64,000 nucleotides of DNA from positions 151,404,001 to 151,468,000 of the forward strand of contig NC_042998.1 in NCBI RefSeq assembly GCF_006345805.1, given 5' to 3'. The stretch comes from Octopus sinensis. Taxonomy: Eukaryota. Both the position numbers and the translations under genes were made by a program. The notes under the pieces are model-generated. The model did not search any database. It was given only the letters and a program-made list of their open reading frames with translations, and was not told where the DNA came from. Positions 39,825 to 53,340 of the stretch are shown in pieces (the first letter of the stretch is position 1; each line of letters opens with the position of its first letter).

Positions 39825-41133
39825 CTTTGGAAATTATAGATGAATGTGTGGAGAAGTATATGGAGGGGGAAACATTAGCGATAAACGAAAATATAGAGAA
39901 AGAAATAATTATGGAATAGATCATGTGAAAACGGTGCTGTTTGGGAGGGTGGGGTAAAATAGAGAATATAAGTTGCGAAGAAAATAAAAAATAAAACAAA
40001 TAATAAAGTGATAAAACTGAAGGGGAAGAAGAAGAAGAAGAAATGAACAAATATTGTTGGATCGACGCAGATGTGCTGGCGAAGCGATAATTGTGGAAAT
40101 ATGCTCGTGAAAACAAAATGGCAGCAGAAGGATTGTGGAAATATTTTGGCAAAAAGATGGCGGGCTTAAAAAATAGGAAAAAGAACGTAAAAATCAAATA
40201 AACGAAAAGAGACAAATAGAAAATATAAATTCAAAACAAATTTTAGAAATGCTCTTTGAAAGAAAGGGAAAATGAAAATGAAAGAACTTATAGTTTCATT
40301 ACTTTCTGAGAAAGTAAAGAAAAAAGCGTAGATATAGAATAAGGATATAAAAGAAACAAAATGAAAAATTTAAAAAATAACAATAAAAAAGTGAAATGCA
40401 CAATAAAATTAGCGAAATATTTCTTTCATAAAAATCAAGAGAATAAAAACAGCATAAAAATATGATTAGCAAAAGTAAAAAACAAAACAACAAAAACATC
40501 TAATGGGATTGAAGAGTTTTAGTGATTCCATCTCGTTTCGTATGTTTGTATTTGGTTTGTTTTCAATAAGTCACAGAAGTTCTATCTTTGACGGCAACAA
40601 CGGGGAGACAATCGGAATTAAGTTCCTGCGCTTGAATTTGTTTTGCACAATACTAGACGCACATTTCAGCGCAATCAGCTATAAAACCAGTGGCACAACA
40701 GAGATTGAGACAACCAGAAGCTAACCGCACTTCACGATTTCTTATATGAGTTTACTTTCTCCTAGAAGGAATTTCTAACGAGAACTAAAGGGTGGGGTCC
40801 TTCACTCCCAGTTGTCCACATGCTAGTTAACCTATAGCTGGTCTTCTAAAAAGAGCTACGATTCCGGGTCTGAGTACACATGGACGCAATAGTGGTTAAA
40901 AGGTGGTTCCGAACGCCTTAAATCACACGTACACCTGTACAAGAGCCTCACTACCGGATGTAGTTAAAATTCATATCCTAGAAACATTCACGCGCGCGCA
41001 CACACACGCATACGTTAACTTTAAATACATATACATCTGTGCGTGTACACCTGCACACGTGTATATATGTTTAAAGTTAAGGTCATTATTGCTTTTAATA
41101 CAGTTCTATATTTAAGAGATGAGGAATTATGTA

Positions 41134-41361
41134 CATCATTTACATTATTTACAATTGATAGATATTTGTCCTCATCTTGTTTCTTGTTAACACAGCGTTT
41201 CGGCTGATATACCCCCACCCTTCATCAGGTGTCTTGGGGGAAATTTCGAACCTGGGTTCTCATTCCTAAAGTATTTTTCGCTGTTATATGACGTAGTGGT
41301 TAAGAGCGCGGGCTACTAACCTCAAGTTCGATTCCAGGCAGTGACCTGAATAATGATAATA

Positions 41362-41453
<92 letters not shown>

Positions 41454-41613
41454 TTAAAAATACCTTAGGAATGAGAACCTAGGTTCGAAATTTCCCCCAG
41501 ACACCTGATGAAGGCTGGAGAGTATATCAGCCGAAATGTTGTGTTAAAAAAAAATAAGATGAGGACAAACATCCGTCAATTGTAAATAATGTAAAATAAT
41601 GTAAATAATGTAA
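41134..41613 (+). mobile_element. tRNA-headed SINE-like element with (AAT)n and HHR tail, preceded by an inverted tail copy
   Basis: Head GTAGTGGTTAAGAGCGCGGGCTACTAACC..GTTCGATTCC (about 41290-41340); HHR 41500-41545(+); inverted arm 41134-41278 with HHR 41189-41233(-). Confidence 0.85.
41500..41545 (+). ncRNA. Type I hammerhead motif
   Basis: GACAC-CTGATGA-A-GGCTG..CAGCC-GAAAT-GTT-GTGTT; stem III shows probable CpG decay from ACGT. Confidence 0.75.
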
Positions 41614-41636
41614 TTATTGCTTTTGTTCTTCTAGAT

Positions 41637-41895
41637 CGTTGGTTCACCATCGGGGTCCATGTGGCCCTTATGAGTCCATATAAGATTTTTGTTAAAATTT
41701 ATGCGTAATAAATTCTTCATACTTCTACAATATGCAAAATATTTTAACAATGTTTGATACAACTCCTTATAATATTTAATTATAAATATGCAATAAGGTT
41801 TATTTTAAACATCGAATGGCTATGAAGTTCCAGCCGAATATAACAGGAATCAAAAGGAGTCCATAGATAAAAAGAAAATTGGTTGAGAACCGCTG
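41637..41895. mobile_element. hAT (Charlie-like) MITE
   Basis: Ends CGTTGGTTCACC / GGTTGAGAACCGCTG; 8-bp TSD TTCTAGAT / TTCTAGAC fits NTCTAGAN. Confidence 0.8.
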
Positions 41896-42263
41896 TTCTA
41901 GACATTCAGTAGAATAAGTTTTCAAATAGGTTTTGGTGCCACACATATAAAATTTGGTTTGTCTACCTTGGCTGCTTAGTTTATTTTTCCCTCTTGGACA
42001 TAGCATTAGGAATGTCTTTGATGCTGAGGGGTCACGAGCACATTTCATGGGAGGTTAAAATACTTGACCCTGTTTTAAACAGAACCAGGTGTTTAAACCT
42101 GTCACAAGGTGTTTCTGGATTTTCAGAACGACGGTGATGTTACACCTTAGCCTTAACGACGGTCTTTATCAAAGGCATGCACCAGGTGAGGAGCTTATTG
42201 TGAACTCTTTTTGATTCATTGAATCCTTATTCTTATATATATGCATGTATGTATACCTATCTA

Positions 42264-42344
<81 letters not shown>

Positions 42345-42770
42345 AATTAATAATAGCAGGGTAATAAAGATTTTAGAAATGTTTACTACCAGTGGCCTAG
42401 TGTGTAGAAAAATTAGCCAGACTATATATTATTCATATAAATACAGTGTACATTTAAACACATAAGAGGTATCCGTCATAGGATTCCTGGCACGCTAGAA
42501 GGAACACCCAAAGTCCAAACCATTATTAAGGATAAAATTTCGAAGGGAATGAAAAATAAAAACATTTACCATCTATCCCCTGGACCATGGTTTCTGACTT
42601 TTTTAGCATATAAAATAATTTTCTTGGCAAAGTCTTCATCAACAGGTACGCCTAGATTAAACATATAAGTATGAGGCAATCCAGCATGTGCCTCGTGCTT
42701 ATACATTATAATTTTTCAAATCCACCACGCAAGCGCAGTTAATTATGATAATTTTTTTCTGGAAAATTTT
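42345..42770 (-). mobile_element. HHR repeat monomer (long stem II family)
   Basis: Collinear with 3900-4370; HHR 42579-42646(-): CCTG-TTGATGA...GAA-ACCATGGT-C-CAGG (uncompensated C3U). Confidence 0.85.
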
Positions 42771-42817
42771 CGAAGTAACGCCGGTATTATTTTTTGTTGC
42801 CGAGAATTCTAATGTAT

Positions 42818-42864
<47 letters not shown>

Positions 42865-42868
42865 TATA

Positions 42869-42920
<52 letters not shown>

Positions 42921-43019
42921 CAGGTGGTGCTATTAAGTTAGACATGGCCTGGACCAATCTTTGGTCGAAACATATCTAAGTTTATCTAAGTTTATATATA
43001 TATATAAACATAATAAATA

Positions 43020-43540
43020 ATATTAGGGTAATAAGAATTATAGGAATTATTATTACCAGTGGCCTAGCACAAAAAATAGTAAACAGACTATATATTATTC
43101 ACATAAAAATATCGTGTACATTAGAACACATTAAGAGGCTTCCAAATAGGAAAGCCTTGTGTTAAAAAGAGCAGTAGAAAACTCAAACCACTAATTATGG
43201 ATAAATTCTCGAAACGATTGAAAATTAAAAACGTTTACCATCTAATTTAGTTCCCAGACCATGGTTTCTAACTCATTCCAGTAAAAAATATTTACTGAGG
43301 CTAGTTTTCATCAGTAGGAAGCCTTTAGATTTCAAATATACACACAACTAGATTCCCATATAAACTAGTTGCCTGTATATCCTAATTTTTCAAAACAACC
43401 GCGTCCCATGGTCTGGGAACTAAATTAATTTTCAATCCTTTCGAGAATTTATCCATAATTAGCGGTTTGAGTTTTCTACTGCTCTTTCTAGCACAAGGCT
43501 TTCCTATTTGGAAGTCTCTTAATGTGTTCTAATGTACACG
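43020..43540. mobile_element. HHR repeat (long stem II family) with inverted partial copy
   Basis: About 43405-43540 inverts about 43110-43265 with a deletion; (TA)n flanks. Confidence 0.85.
43251..43320 (-). ncRNA. Type I hammerhead ribozyme, intact
   Basis: TTCCTA-CTGATGA-stem II with CAGTAAA/TTTACTG-GAA-ACCATGGT-C-TGGGAA. Confidence 0.87.
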
Positions 43541-43542
43541 AT

Positions 43543-43621
<79 letters not shown>

Positions 43622-43639
43622 ATATATATAACCGTTTTC

Positions 43640-44750
43640 ACTAGTTTCAGGTCAAGAGTTGTGACCATGCTGTGGTGCTGTTTTCTGGTGTTGCTACCCC
43701 TTCATAATTCCTTTAATGAAAGAGTTTGATGCTGTTACTCTCATTCCCACTCCCTACAATGAAATTGGCTCACCTAGGACCCTTGACAGTAAGAGATCCA
43801 GTTTAGTTTTGAAGACATATACATTCACACAATGTAGGTCTCTCAGCTCCTTCTGGAGGATATTGATTAGCTGTGGTTCCTTGAATCCCAAGCTAATGCA
43901 GTACCTGGTCCTGAATTTTGGCGACTGAGGAGGGATTTTATGTACGGTGCAATGACGCACTGTTCTCGTGCTTGTATATCTTTTAACGCCAAAGTTTGGG
44001 GCAAGTCCCCCCAGATGTATATTGCAGGATATCCTACCCTTTTCGTTCCTCTTTAGTCTTTCCCAATAGCTAATTTTCTGCATTAAGGCTATCTTCTCTG
44101 TGTAACTTTGCTGGACTGTATCTAGTTCCACTATTAATTTCACACTGTGTGATGACCGTAGTTGGGAGCAATAGTCAAGGCAGCATGGTTTCCTGCTCTC
44201 TTATTTTGAAAGTTCTAGAAATGTATGCATTGCATTTATCTTTGCTGATAGAACTTTCAAGTATTATACTGTCTATTGTCGTCAACCCGCTTGTACATTG
44301 CTGCCTAAGTCTTGTTGCAGGTGTATGCCATCTACAGGGTTTTGTACTACTTGTGTGAGTTTTGTGCGATCTTCATAGCTTTTAAGGGTGGTTCTCTCTA
44401 TCGATGAGGTCATACTTGAGAGGGCCAGTGGGTCACTATTCATTATAAGCATTTCTTTGGAGCTGGCACCGTTGGCTACTACTTCTTGATTTCTATATTT
44501 CAGAAACTCATGTAGCCAATCTTTGAGCATTCAATTATAGCGAGGTCATGCAGTTTGTGATTTATCATCCTATGATCGACTTTGCGAAGTCGACATACAT
44601 CACATCCAGATTTGAGTGGTTAGGGAATTGTTTCCATACCCAGTCATAGTGTTGTAAGAGTTGTGTGAGGCAGCGTCTTCCTGGTCGGAAACTATGCTGG
44701 GTGTCAGGAAATCGTTTTCTTCATGGAATGTGATTAGTTCCTTGACTTTG
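43640..44750 (-). mobile_element. Decayed CR1-group LINE (RT and C-terminus)
   Basis: YVDFAK..DH, W..EFLK.R.Q.V..NG, PNFG..GFKEPQL.NIL.KELRDL..FKTKLDLLLSRV..EP. Confidence 0.82.
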
Positions 44751-44815
44751 GTGATACACACACACGCACACACACACACATGCATGTATATACATACACA
44801 CACACATGCATGTAT

Positions 44816-44848
<33 letters not shown>

Positions 44849-44889
44849 CACCACATACACACACAATATATATATATATATATGATGAT

Positions 44890-45410
44890 TGCTACATATT
44901 TACAGAAGAAGGCCATCTCTTCAATTAACAAATACTGTCATGAGATCTAGCTAGTCCTGTTCATCACAAACAAACTCTACTGCAGATCTTACAAATATTT
45001 TAAAGCAAAAAGCGTCTGGGATTGTAGCTAAGACCTGTCTACGAACTACCCGTTTCAAGATAGATTGTGCAATTTTTCGCTCTTCAAATGCTTTACATCT
45101 ATTGTAGATTTATTTTCACATTAAGAGTTTCACATTAAGAACTTTAAGGTCAACTTTGACAGCATCCCTAAAACGTTTCTTAGGTTTATGCCTCGGACGT
45201 TTGCCACACTGCAACTCCCCGTAAAACAACTACTTTGGCAACCTGTCATCTTGCATCCTAGCAAGGTGCCCAAACCAACACATCTGATTACGTATGAGGA
45301 TCATTTCAATACTGGACGTGTTAGCTTGCTGAAGAACAATGGTTCTGGTGTTAAAAGCTTCTATTTGATGTCTAGTATCCTCCTTAGGCAAGTCTGATAG
45401 AATCTTCTCG
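44890..45410 (-). mobile_element. RTE-clade LINE 3' fragment
   Basis: CLRRILDIK..Q.CWFGHLARMQDDRLPK.LFYGEL..GKR.R.KPKKRFRD. Confidence 0.82.
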
Positions 45411-45413
45411 AAG

Positions 45414-45470
<57 letters not shown>

Positions 45471-45477
45471 TATATAT

Positions 45478-45852
45478 ACTAGCAGTATCCCCGGCGTTGC
45501 TCAGGTTTGTAAGGGAAATAACTATAAAGCATTTTTAGAGATTTATAGCCAAAAAATAGCAAAAAAATTGAAAAAAATTATGGTAAATTTTTGTTTTTAG
45601 TTAAAAAAGGTGAAGTTCGTCCCCTAGACAGTTTGCTGTTAGTGTTTCTGATTGTGACCCCCTGTCGAATTTATCGGTTTTTTTCAGAAGTGGGGGAACT
45701 TTTCAAAATTGTCGCTGCGTTAGTTTTGAATTATGACATTGGGCTATGTGTGTGTCAAGTTTCATCAGATCGGTTGAAAGCCGTGGTCAGGGTGAGGGTA
45801 AAAGCAAAGACACACAGAAACACGCACAGACAAACTGCCGTTTATATAGATT
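45478..45852 (+). mobile_element. Helentron/DINE-like non-autonomous element
   Basis: Starts ACTAGCAGTATCCCCGGCGTTGCTCAGG; ends CACAGACAAACTGCCGTTTATATAGAT; in (TA)n. Confidence 0.7.
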
Positions 45853-45899
45853 TATATATATATATATAGTATAATATATTATATATTACATACATATAT

Positions 45900-46046
45900 T
45901 CTCTTATTCTTTTATTGGATTCAGTCATTTGACTGCGGCCATGCTAGAGCACCGCCTTTAGTCGAACGAATCGATCCTAGGACTTATTCTTTGTAAGCCA
46001 TGTGGTTGGTAAGCAAGCTACTTACCACGGAGCCACTCCTGCGCCT
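45900..46046 (-). mobile_element. Internally deleted SINE family A
   Basis: 3' end joined directly to the head at TGTAAGCC|ATGTGGTTGG. Confidence 0.88.
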
Positions 46047-46547
46047 ATATATATATATATAGTAGATAAATATACAGATAAATATATCTACAAAAACAGT
46101 GTACGAACATATTCGTGTGTATAAACATTTAAGTTCTCAGTAAAATAGGTCAAGACTGATAATTTATTATTCATCACTCATCAATCATTGATACTAGTGA
46201 ATCAATAAACAAAAATCAGGCACTCAACATTAATAATATGTGTGCCGATAAGATACAAAAAAAAATATTTAATGTTAGATATATTTATCTATTGTCAAAT
46301 GACATTATTGTCGCAAACAATAACATAGAAAAAGTGTGACGAACGTTAGGCAAAGGGAGATAACACAGCAGTTAATATTCATAAGGTACATAAACACACA
46401 CACATACACACATACACCACATGTATAGTTATTTATGCATGTGTCTATGCATGTATGTTTGCCTATGTGTGTCTCTGTGTTTATCAATCTGACTAACAGA
46501 CGCGTTTGTGTGTGCATGTGAGCGGATATGTATCCGCGTATATGAGT

Positions 46548-46584
<37 letters not shown>

Positions 46585-46586
<2 letters not shown>

Positions 46587-46856
46587 AGACTAGACTACAC
46601 TACCCGTGACCTGTTGGGTCACCAATAGTTCAAGGTACCCGAAAAAATCGCATATCTCGGGAACCCGTGATCCGATTTACGCGAAACTTGTTTTATTTTG
46701 TTTGTATACGCATTTCAATGGTGCCTTACTTTCTGTATAGGTACCTATTATTCCCCGATTTGGGTATATTAAATTATAGACAAGTACGCAAGCAAGTACG
46801 CAAGCAAGTACGCAAGCAAGCATGCAAGCAAGCAATCACAGACTTGCAGTATTATA
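46585..46856 (+). mobile_element. Helentron/DINE-like element, second family
   Basis: ACTAGACTACACTACCCGTGACC..GGGTCAC hairpin at 5' end; (GCAAGTAC)n near 3' end; ACAGACTTGCAGTATTATA terminus. Confidence 0.6.
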
Positions 46857-46857
46857 T

Positions 46858-46904
<47 letters not shown>

Positions 46905-46971
46905 TACATATGTATGTATCATGCTTATACATAAGCGTATATATATATGTGTATATGTATATATATATGCG

Positions 46972-47007
<36 letters not shown>

Positions 47008-47875
47008 GTGTGTGTGTGTGTGGTGTGTGCTTGTGTCTGTCTGTCTGTATGTATGTATGTGTATATATATATATGCATATAATATATATATATATATAAT
47101 ATATATATATATAAATATATATATATATATGTACCTACATATATAAAAAACATAGCTATGTATGTACATGAGGTTATATTCACTTAAAAACATAGTAGAA
47201 ATGACAGTTGACGGATAGCAAATCTGTAAGTATAAATTTCAAATAACATATAGCTCCTTATTTGGTATTTATGAACGGGCATACGCATACATCTTGACCA
47301 GTATTTTCTATTGTGAGTTTTTTTTTCTAAAAAAATAGATATATATTTGCAATAATAGTGGGGAAGTCAAAAGTTTTAATATTAGATATGTAACCAGCAA
47401 ACTCCTTCAATGTTTTCCGTCTCGATTCAAATAATGCTGAGTGGAAGAATGAATATAGAAATACTTGAAAAATTTCTATGTATATTTCAAACGTCTTTTT
47501 CTTTATTTTTTATTTTACATTGTTTATTATTTTTTTTTACTTAAATCTCACCTACTGTAGAGGACAAATTCGACCTTCATGATGTTCTGTTAATGGAAAT
47601 CTTGGTCTTTTTACCCGAAACATTTGTATGGGAATATGAAATATGAAATAAAAACTTAATCCATTTTTACATCCAATCTGATTCATTTATTTTATTTTAT
47701 GAATATTATTAAACTTTGGTTTAATAAAATATGTCTGATATTGATTATTTCTTCATATGCTCTCATACCTATGCAGTTTTGTTTTTGTTTTTTAAAAATC
47801 GTAAATAAAGTATGACGAAGAATCATTAGAAATCTACGGAAATAATTCCTTTTACAGGACGAAAGATAATTCATC

Positions 47876-47922
<47 letters not shown>

Positions 47923-49156
47923 ATATATATATATATATAATATATATATATATATATAAGCACGTTAGCATTGGAGTATTAGTCATTGCTATACGCCGCT
48001 TTCCTCCGTTAGTGGTTCTTAAAATTTTTGTTGCGGAGGAGTAAAACAAAGCATTAACATTACTGAAAATCCAGACTAACGTTTGAATATCGTACTTTTC
48101 GTTATAATTTTGTTTTCCACATGTTTAACAAAGTACGGAATGCAATAGCTTCTTATATTCTTAATATATTTAAAACTCTGAAATATATATTTTAAACATT
48201 TTCAACGTGAAGTGTAGCAGGATGTTTTAATGCTTCGTATTCTAGTAAGCTTCAAAGTGACTAAGACTGTGAAACCCTGTTTTAGGTGAAAATTTTGTTG
48301 CGATGTAGACGTGATCAGGTGCCATTTCTGGAAGTGTTTTAGATATAGGCTTATGCAAATATCTATCAGTATAGCATTGCCAATTACCTATTTTGGAAAA
48401 AAATTCTAAACACATAGCAAAGATGAGCTGAAACTGTTTCTCACACTTTTGCTCAGTGTCAGAAGATTGCTAACTTGTAGAGTAATGCAAATAGTGATTC
48501 TGTGCGTTAGCTGTGTTTATCCCGAACATTTGTTGCGCATGGAAGAGCAGTCATTTTCCCTCTATCTTATGGATTTAATGAAAGAAGTATTGGTTGAGGA
48601 GAGATGGAAAGGTCTAAGAAGAGCATTTCTCCTCTCTCGTCGAGCCTTTTATGAACTTTTCAAGTATCACACAAGGGAGTGGGGCAACGTGGGAAGTAAC
48701 GTACTACCCCGGAAGAAAACGGTAGTTTGGGCGTCATTGAGTGAGTGAGCATGAAGATAAAACTGTAAACCGGAAACTGCGAATGGGGGAAGGACCTAGA
48801 AGACGACAAGGTTACTTGATTGGCTACAGGTAGCTGACATCTCTTGTCGAACAGAGACATATTAAGTTCAAACAATTTATATTTTTCCCCATTATGAAGT
48901 TAGAAATCCAATACCTTTCGCAAACCCCAAAATTATTCTAACAGTTTGTTTCACTGTACACACCAGGAATACAGAGCCCCGCCTTCAGACCATTTATATT
49001 CTCCATCTTATTTATCTCGCACACATCAGCCACAAATTAACTACCAAATATAACACCAATTTTATACTCTTTAATTAACATTTTGATAACCAGCAAATCT
49101 AAACTTCGACAGATTATTCACTCAGCAACTTTTCACACACACACACACACACACAA

Positions 49157-49225
<69 letters not shown>

Positions 49226-49425
49226 TACATACAAACAGGGACTCACACGCACATACTTGTACTCTCGAACACAGATATGCATATATATGTAAGTGTTTGT
49301 GTTTTCGTCGAGTTGATCTATTTATCTAGTTATGTCTCCTTATATCGATCTACCTACCTACCTACCTACCTACCTACCTACCTACCTACATACATACCTA
49401 CCTACCTACCTATCTATCTATCTAA

Positions 49426-49478
<53 letters not shown>

Positions 49479-49620
49479 CATCCATCTATCTATCTATCTC
49501 TCTCTCTCTCTCTCTCTCTCTTATATATATATATATATATACCATGGGTAAAGTTCCATACATATATAATACATCTACTACACACACATATCTGTATATT
49601 TGTGTGAATGCGTGTATGTA

Positions 49621-49651
<31 letters not shown>

Positions 49652-49789
49652 TGTGAGTATGTATGTTTGTATGAACGTATGTATGTCTGCATATAGGTAT
49701 ATGCATGTATGCATATATGTAAACATAAAATTGTATATAAAATATGTATATCTATGCACATATATATTATATATATAGTCTCTCTTCTC

Positions 49790-49855
<66 letters not shown>

Positions 49856-50472
49856 AAAGAGAAACATACACATATGACATCCATTTATCACTATCGCTCT
49901 CTCTATCCGTTTTTCCATTCATTTACATTTTCCTCTTCATTACTTTACATATCTCTTCCTTCCACTCTCTCTCCCCACTCCCGTCTTCCTCTCACACCTC
50001 TACACTGTACCGCCAGCCAGATTTTTCAATTTCGTGTTGACAGTCAATTCCAGATTGCCTTTGATCTTTATGTACACCGAACAACACTTGATGTTTCTTT
50101 AACAGGCTAATCACCATGTGGCGATGCAAGTCGTTGGACCTTGTTATGACGCCGACGACGCTTATGTCAGATGTATGAACAGAGACATCTAGCGGGAAGC
50201 GAAACAGACACACACACAAACACAAGCAAACACACACATACTGATATAGGTACATGCACACTTACATATGGAAACACACTTAGGTGCAAATGCACAAACG
50301 CTTTTATATTGACATACCTACTCACACACTGGCACACACACATACACACACAGCCCCCCCCAGAAAACAGGAAATGATTTTCGTGACTAAGAAATAAACC
50401 AAACTTACAAGAATCTGGCTGTATTTATGTATTTGTGTGTGGGTGTGTACTATATATCAACATATAGGTTTG

Positions 50473-50522
<50 letters not shown>

Positions 50523-51321
50523 CATGTATATATATATATATATGTATATAATATATTATATATGTATGTGTGTATGTATATACACATGCACGCATAAATA
50601 TGTATACATGTCACATGATTGTGATTATGTATGAACATATATGTGCGTGTTATAGTGCATAATTATGTATGTGTGGCTCATTGTATGTTTATGCTTCTAT
50701 GTAAGAGTATCTGTAGAAATGTACAATACTTAGGAGTGCGTGTGAGGAATGTGCATGTGTGTGAGGAATGTGCATGTGTGTGAAGAATGTGCGTGAGTGT
50801 GTGTATGTGTGTGTGTATATGTATGTGTATGTGTGTGTGTGTGTGTGTGTGTGCATTGTGCATGTATATCATATTAAGGGAGTATACTTGAGTATGTATA
50901 TTTTATGTTGATGTTTATGTAATCTGGGCCTATGTATCTTCGCATGTTTTTCTTGTGTGTATATTGTCTTGTATAATCTTCAATGTGTTTGAGTGTATAT
51001 ATACACGTACACAAATCTTCATATTTACCAACATACATATGTAGGTTTGTATGTATGCTTATATGCATGTATATATGTATGTCTGCACGTATGTATGTAT
51101 ATATGTGTGTATGTATGTATGTATGTATGTATGTATGTATGTATGTATGTAGTATGTATGTATATATGTGCGTGTGTCCTTGTGCAAAAGTTTGTAGCGA
51201 ATTATATATATATGAGTGTTTATATATATGTGTATGTATATACATATATATTCACACATATCCATATATATACAATATGTATAATATATATATATATATT
51301 ATATGTGTAATATATATGTAT

Positions 51322-51357
<36 letters not shown>

Positions 51358-52133
51358 GTGTGTATAAGATATTTATGTATTATATATCATGATGTGTGTA
51401 TATATATATGCATGCATATGCATACACATACGCAGACACACGCAAGCACGTACACATGCATACCTTTGTGATGTCTATTAAAATGCATGCACGTGTGTGA
51501 GTGTCTGTGTATATATCTGTATGTGTGTGTGTGCGTGTGTGTATGCATGCGTGTTTTCGCTTGCGAGCGTTTACGCGCGTGTGTGTATGTGTGTGTGTAT
51601 GTGTGTGTGCGCGCGTGTGTGTGTGTGTGTAAATGTTGCCTTCTTAAATTTTATGTTCTAACAGGATCGGCAAATCTGGAAGACATTAAACGGTCCACTG
51701 ATGCATAGCTCCATAAAATTAAGCTGTATATCGCTGTTTATGTTTCGTTATTCCATAGTGTAGGGAGGTAGTGACTAGTGTTTAATTGGCTAATGCTTCC
51801 TGGGCCCAAGTTATATGGCAATCGGCGATACACCGGAGAAATTTCGCTGTATGAATATAGATGTGTATAGCGTTGTGGCGTTCATACTGCAATCAAGGGT
51901 ATAAAGAATATATGCACATATATATATATATATATTCTTTTTTCTCTCTCCCTTTATTTTCTCTTATTTCTTTTTTGTCAAAGTGTGTAGGCTCGAAACG
52001 TCAATGACTTTTCCATTTTTCCAGACCGTGAAACTAATACAACTTGTTTGTTGTTCCGTCACCCCTGTCCCTATCCTTTGTTTTTGTATATTTGAACCCA
52101 TATACGCATATATATATATATATATATATATAC

Positions 52134-52168
<35 letters not shown>

Positions 52169-52222
52169 TATATATATATCTATATATATACTATATATAT
52201 ATATCCATATACGCATATATAG

Positions 52223-52297
<75 letters not shown>

Positions 52298-52428
52298 GTT
52301 CAGTAAAAGTTTAGATCAGTTGAGTATGGTACTTAAGTTAAAAGTACCAGAATTTTGTATGGTATTATTCATATAATTCAAAATGGGGTGATTATAATCA
52401 AAATAAGCAACAGGAATATTCAGAGGTA

Positions 52429-52519
52429 ATGCAGTACGATCGTTTTCATGCGACTCCATTTAATTGAACAATGAAAGTATTACATGAGTTTTAAAATGTA
52501 GAGCAATCTTCAGCTGCAT
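52429..52519 (-). ncRNA. Type I hammerhead with very long stem II
   Basis: ATGCAG-CTGAAGA-about 58 nt stem II-GAAA-ACGATCGT-A-CTGCAT; 6-bp stem I, GUA site, one extra A. Confidence 0.8.
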
Positions 52520-53340
52520 AAAAATATAGAAATTAGTTAAATTTAAAAGATTCATTTTTATAGTTATTCCATTAACCAAAATCACAAAGAGGGTAAGTAG
52601 GTAGACAGAGAATAAGTTTCATTAGCAATATCATAATAGTAACTGATATTTTTTTCCATGAAGACACTGCTTATCATTGATTTTACTTTGTTATTTAGAT
52701 TTACTACTGGAGAAGGGGGTTTAAGTTTATAGACTAGTTTATCAGGTCTAGTGGAAACCAAGAGTTTATCTTTTATGAATAGAGAAAAAGACTGTTTAAG
52801 TGGCAGAGCCATAAATCAAGATCCCTTTGAAGTAGAAACCATTTGGGTCCAGTATGAATATATTTCAGCCAAAATTAGCAGGCTAAAGCTGATGGGGTAG
52901 GGAGAGTAAAAACTTATAATACTTAACTATTTGACAGCCATAATCCCAATGGTAATTTGAAATAAATACGTACATTTTAGAGAGTTTTTCAAAGAATCAG
53001 AATAATTTCAATATTTTACACAATATAGGGATGGAGAATATAGAAATAATTTCAAATTTATAAAAGTTTCTATACCAATTTAATATAAATTTATAGTTAA
53101 TTAGAAAATAGTAATTTATTGGTATTAATGAGTTAAATTAAAGGAATATGTTAAAAATTTCATATATTTTCTATATGCTAATAAATCTAAATAACAAAGT
53201 AAAATCAATGATAAGCAGTGTCTTCATGGAAAAAAATATCAGTTACTACTATGATATTGCTGATGAAACTTGTTCTCTGTCTACCTACTTACCCTCGTAG
53301 TGATTTTGGTTAATAGAATAACTATAAAACTGAATCTTTT

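Noticed and set aside
41285-41345. Possible tRNA gene
   Set aside because: No acceptor stem and part of the T-arm region is missing; treated as a SINE head.
48449-48748. 99-aa ORF in unique-looking sequence
   Set aside because: No recognisable domain or splice pattern; probably an old repeat.
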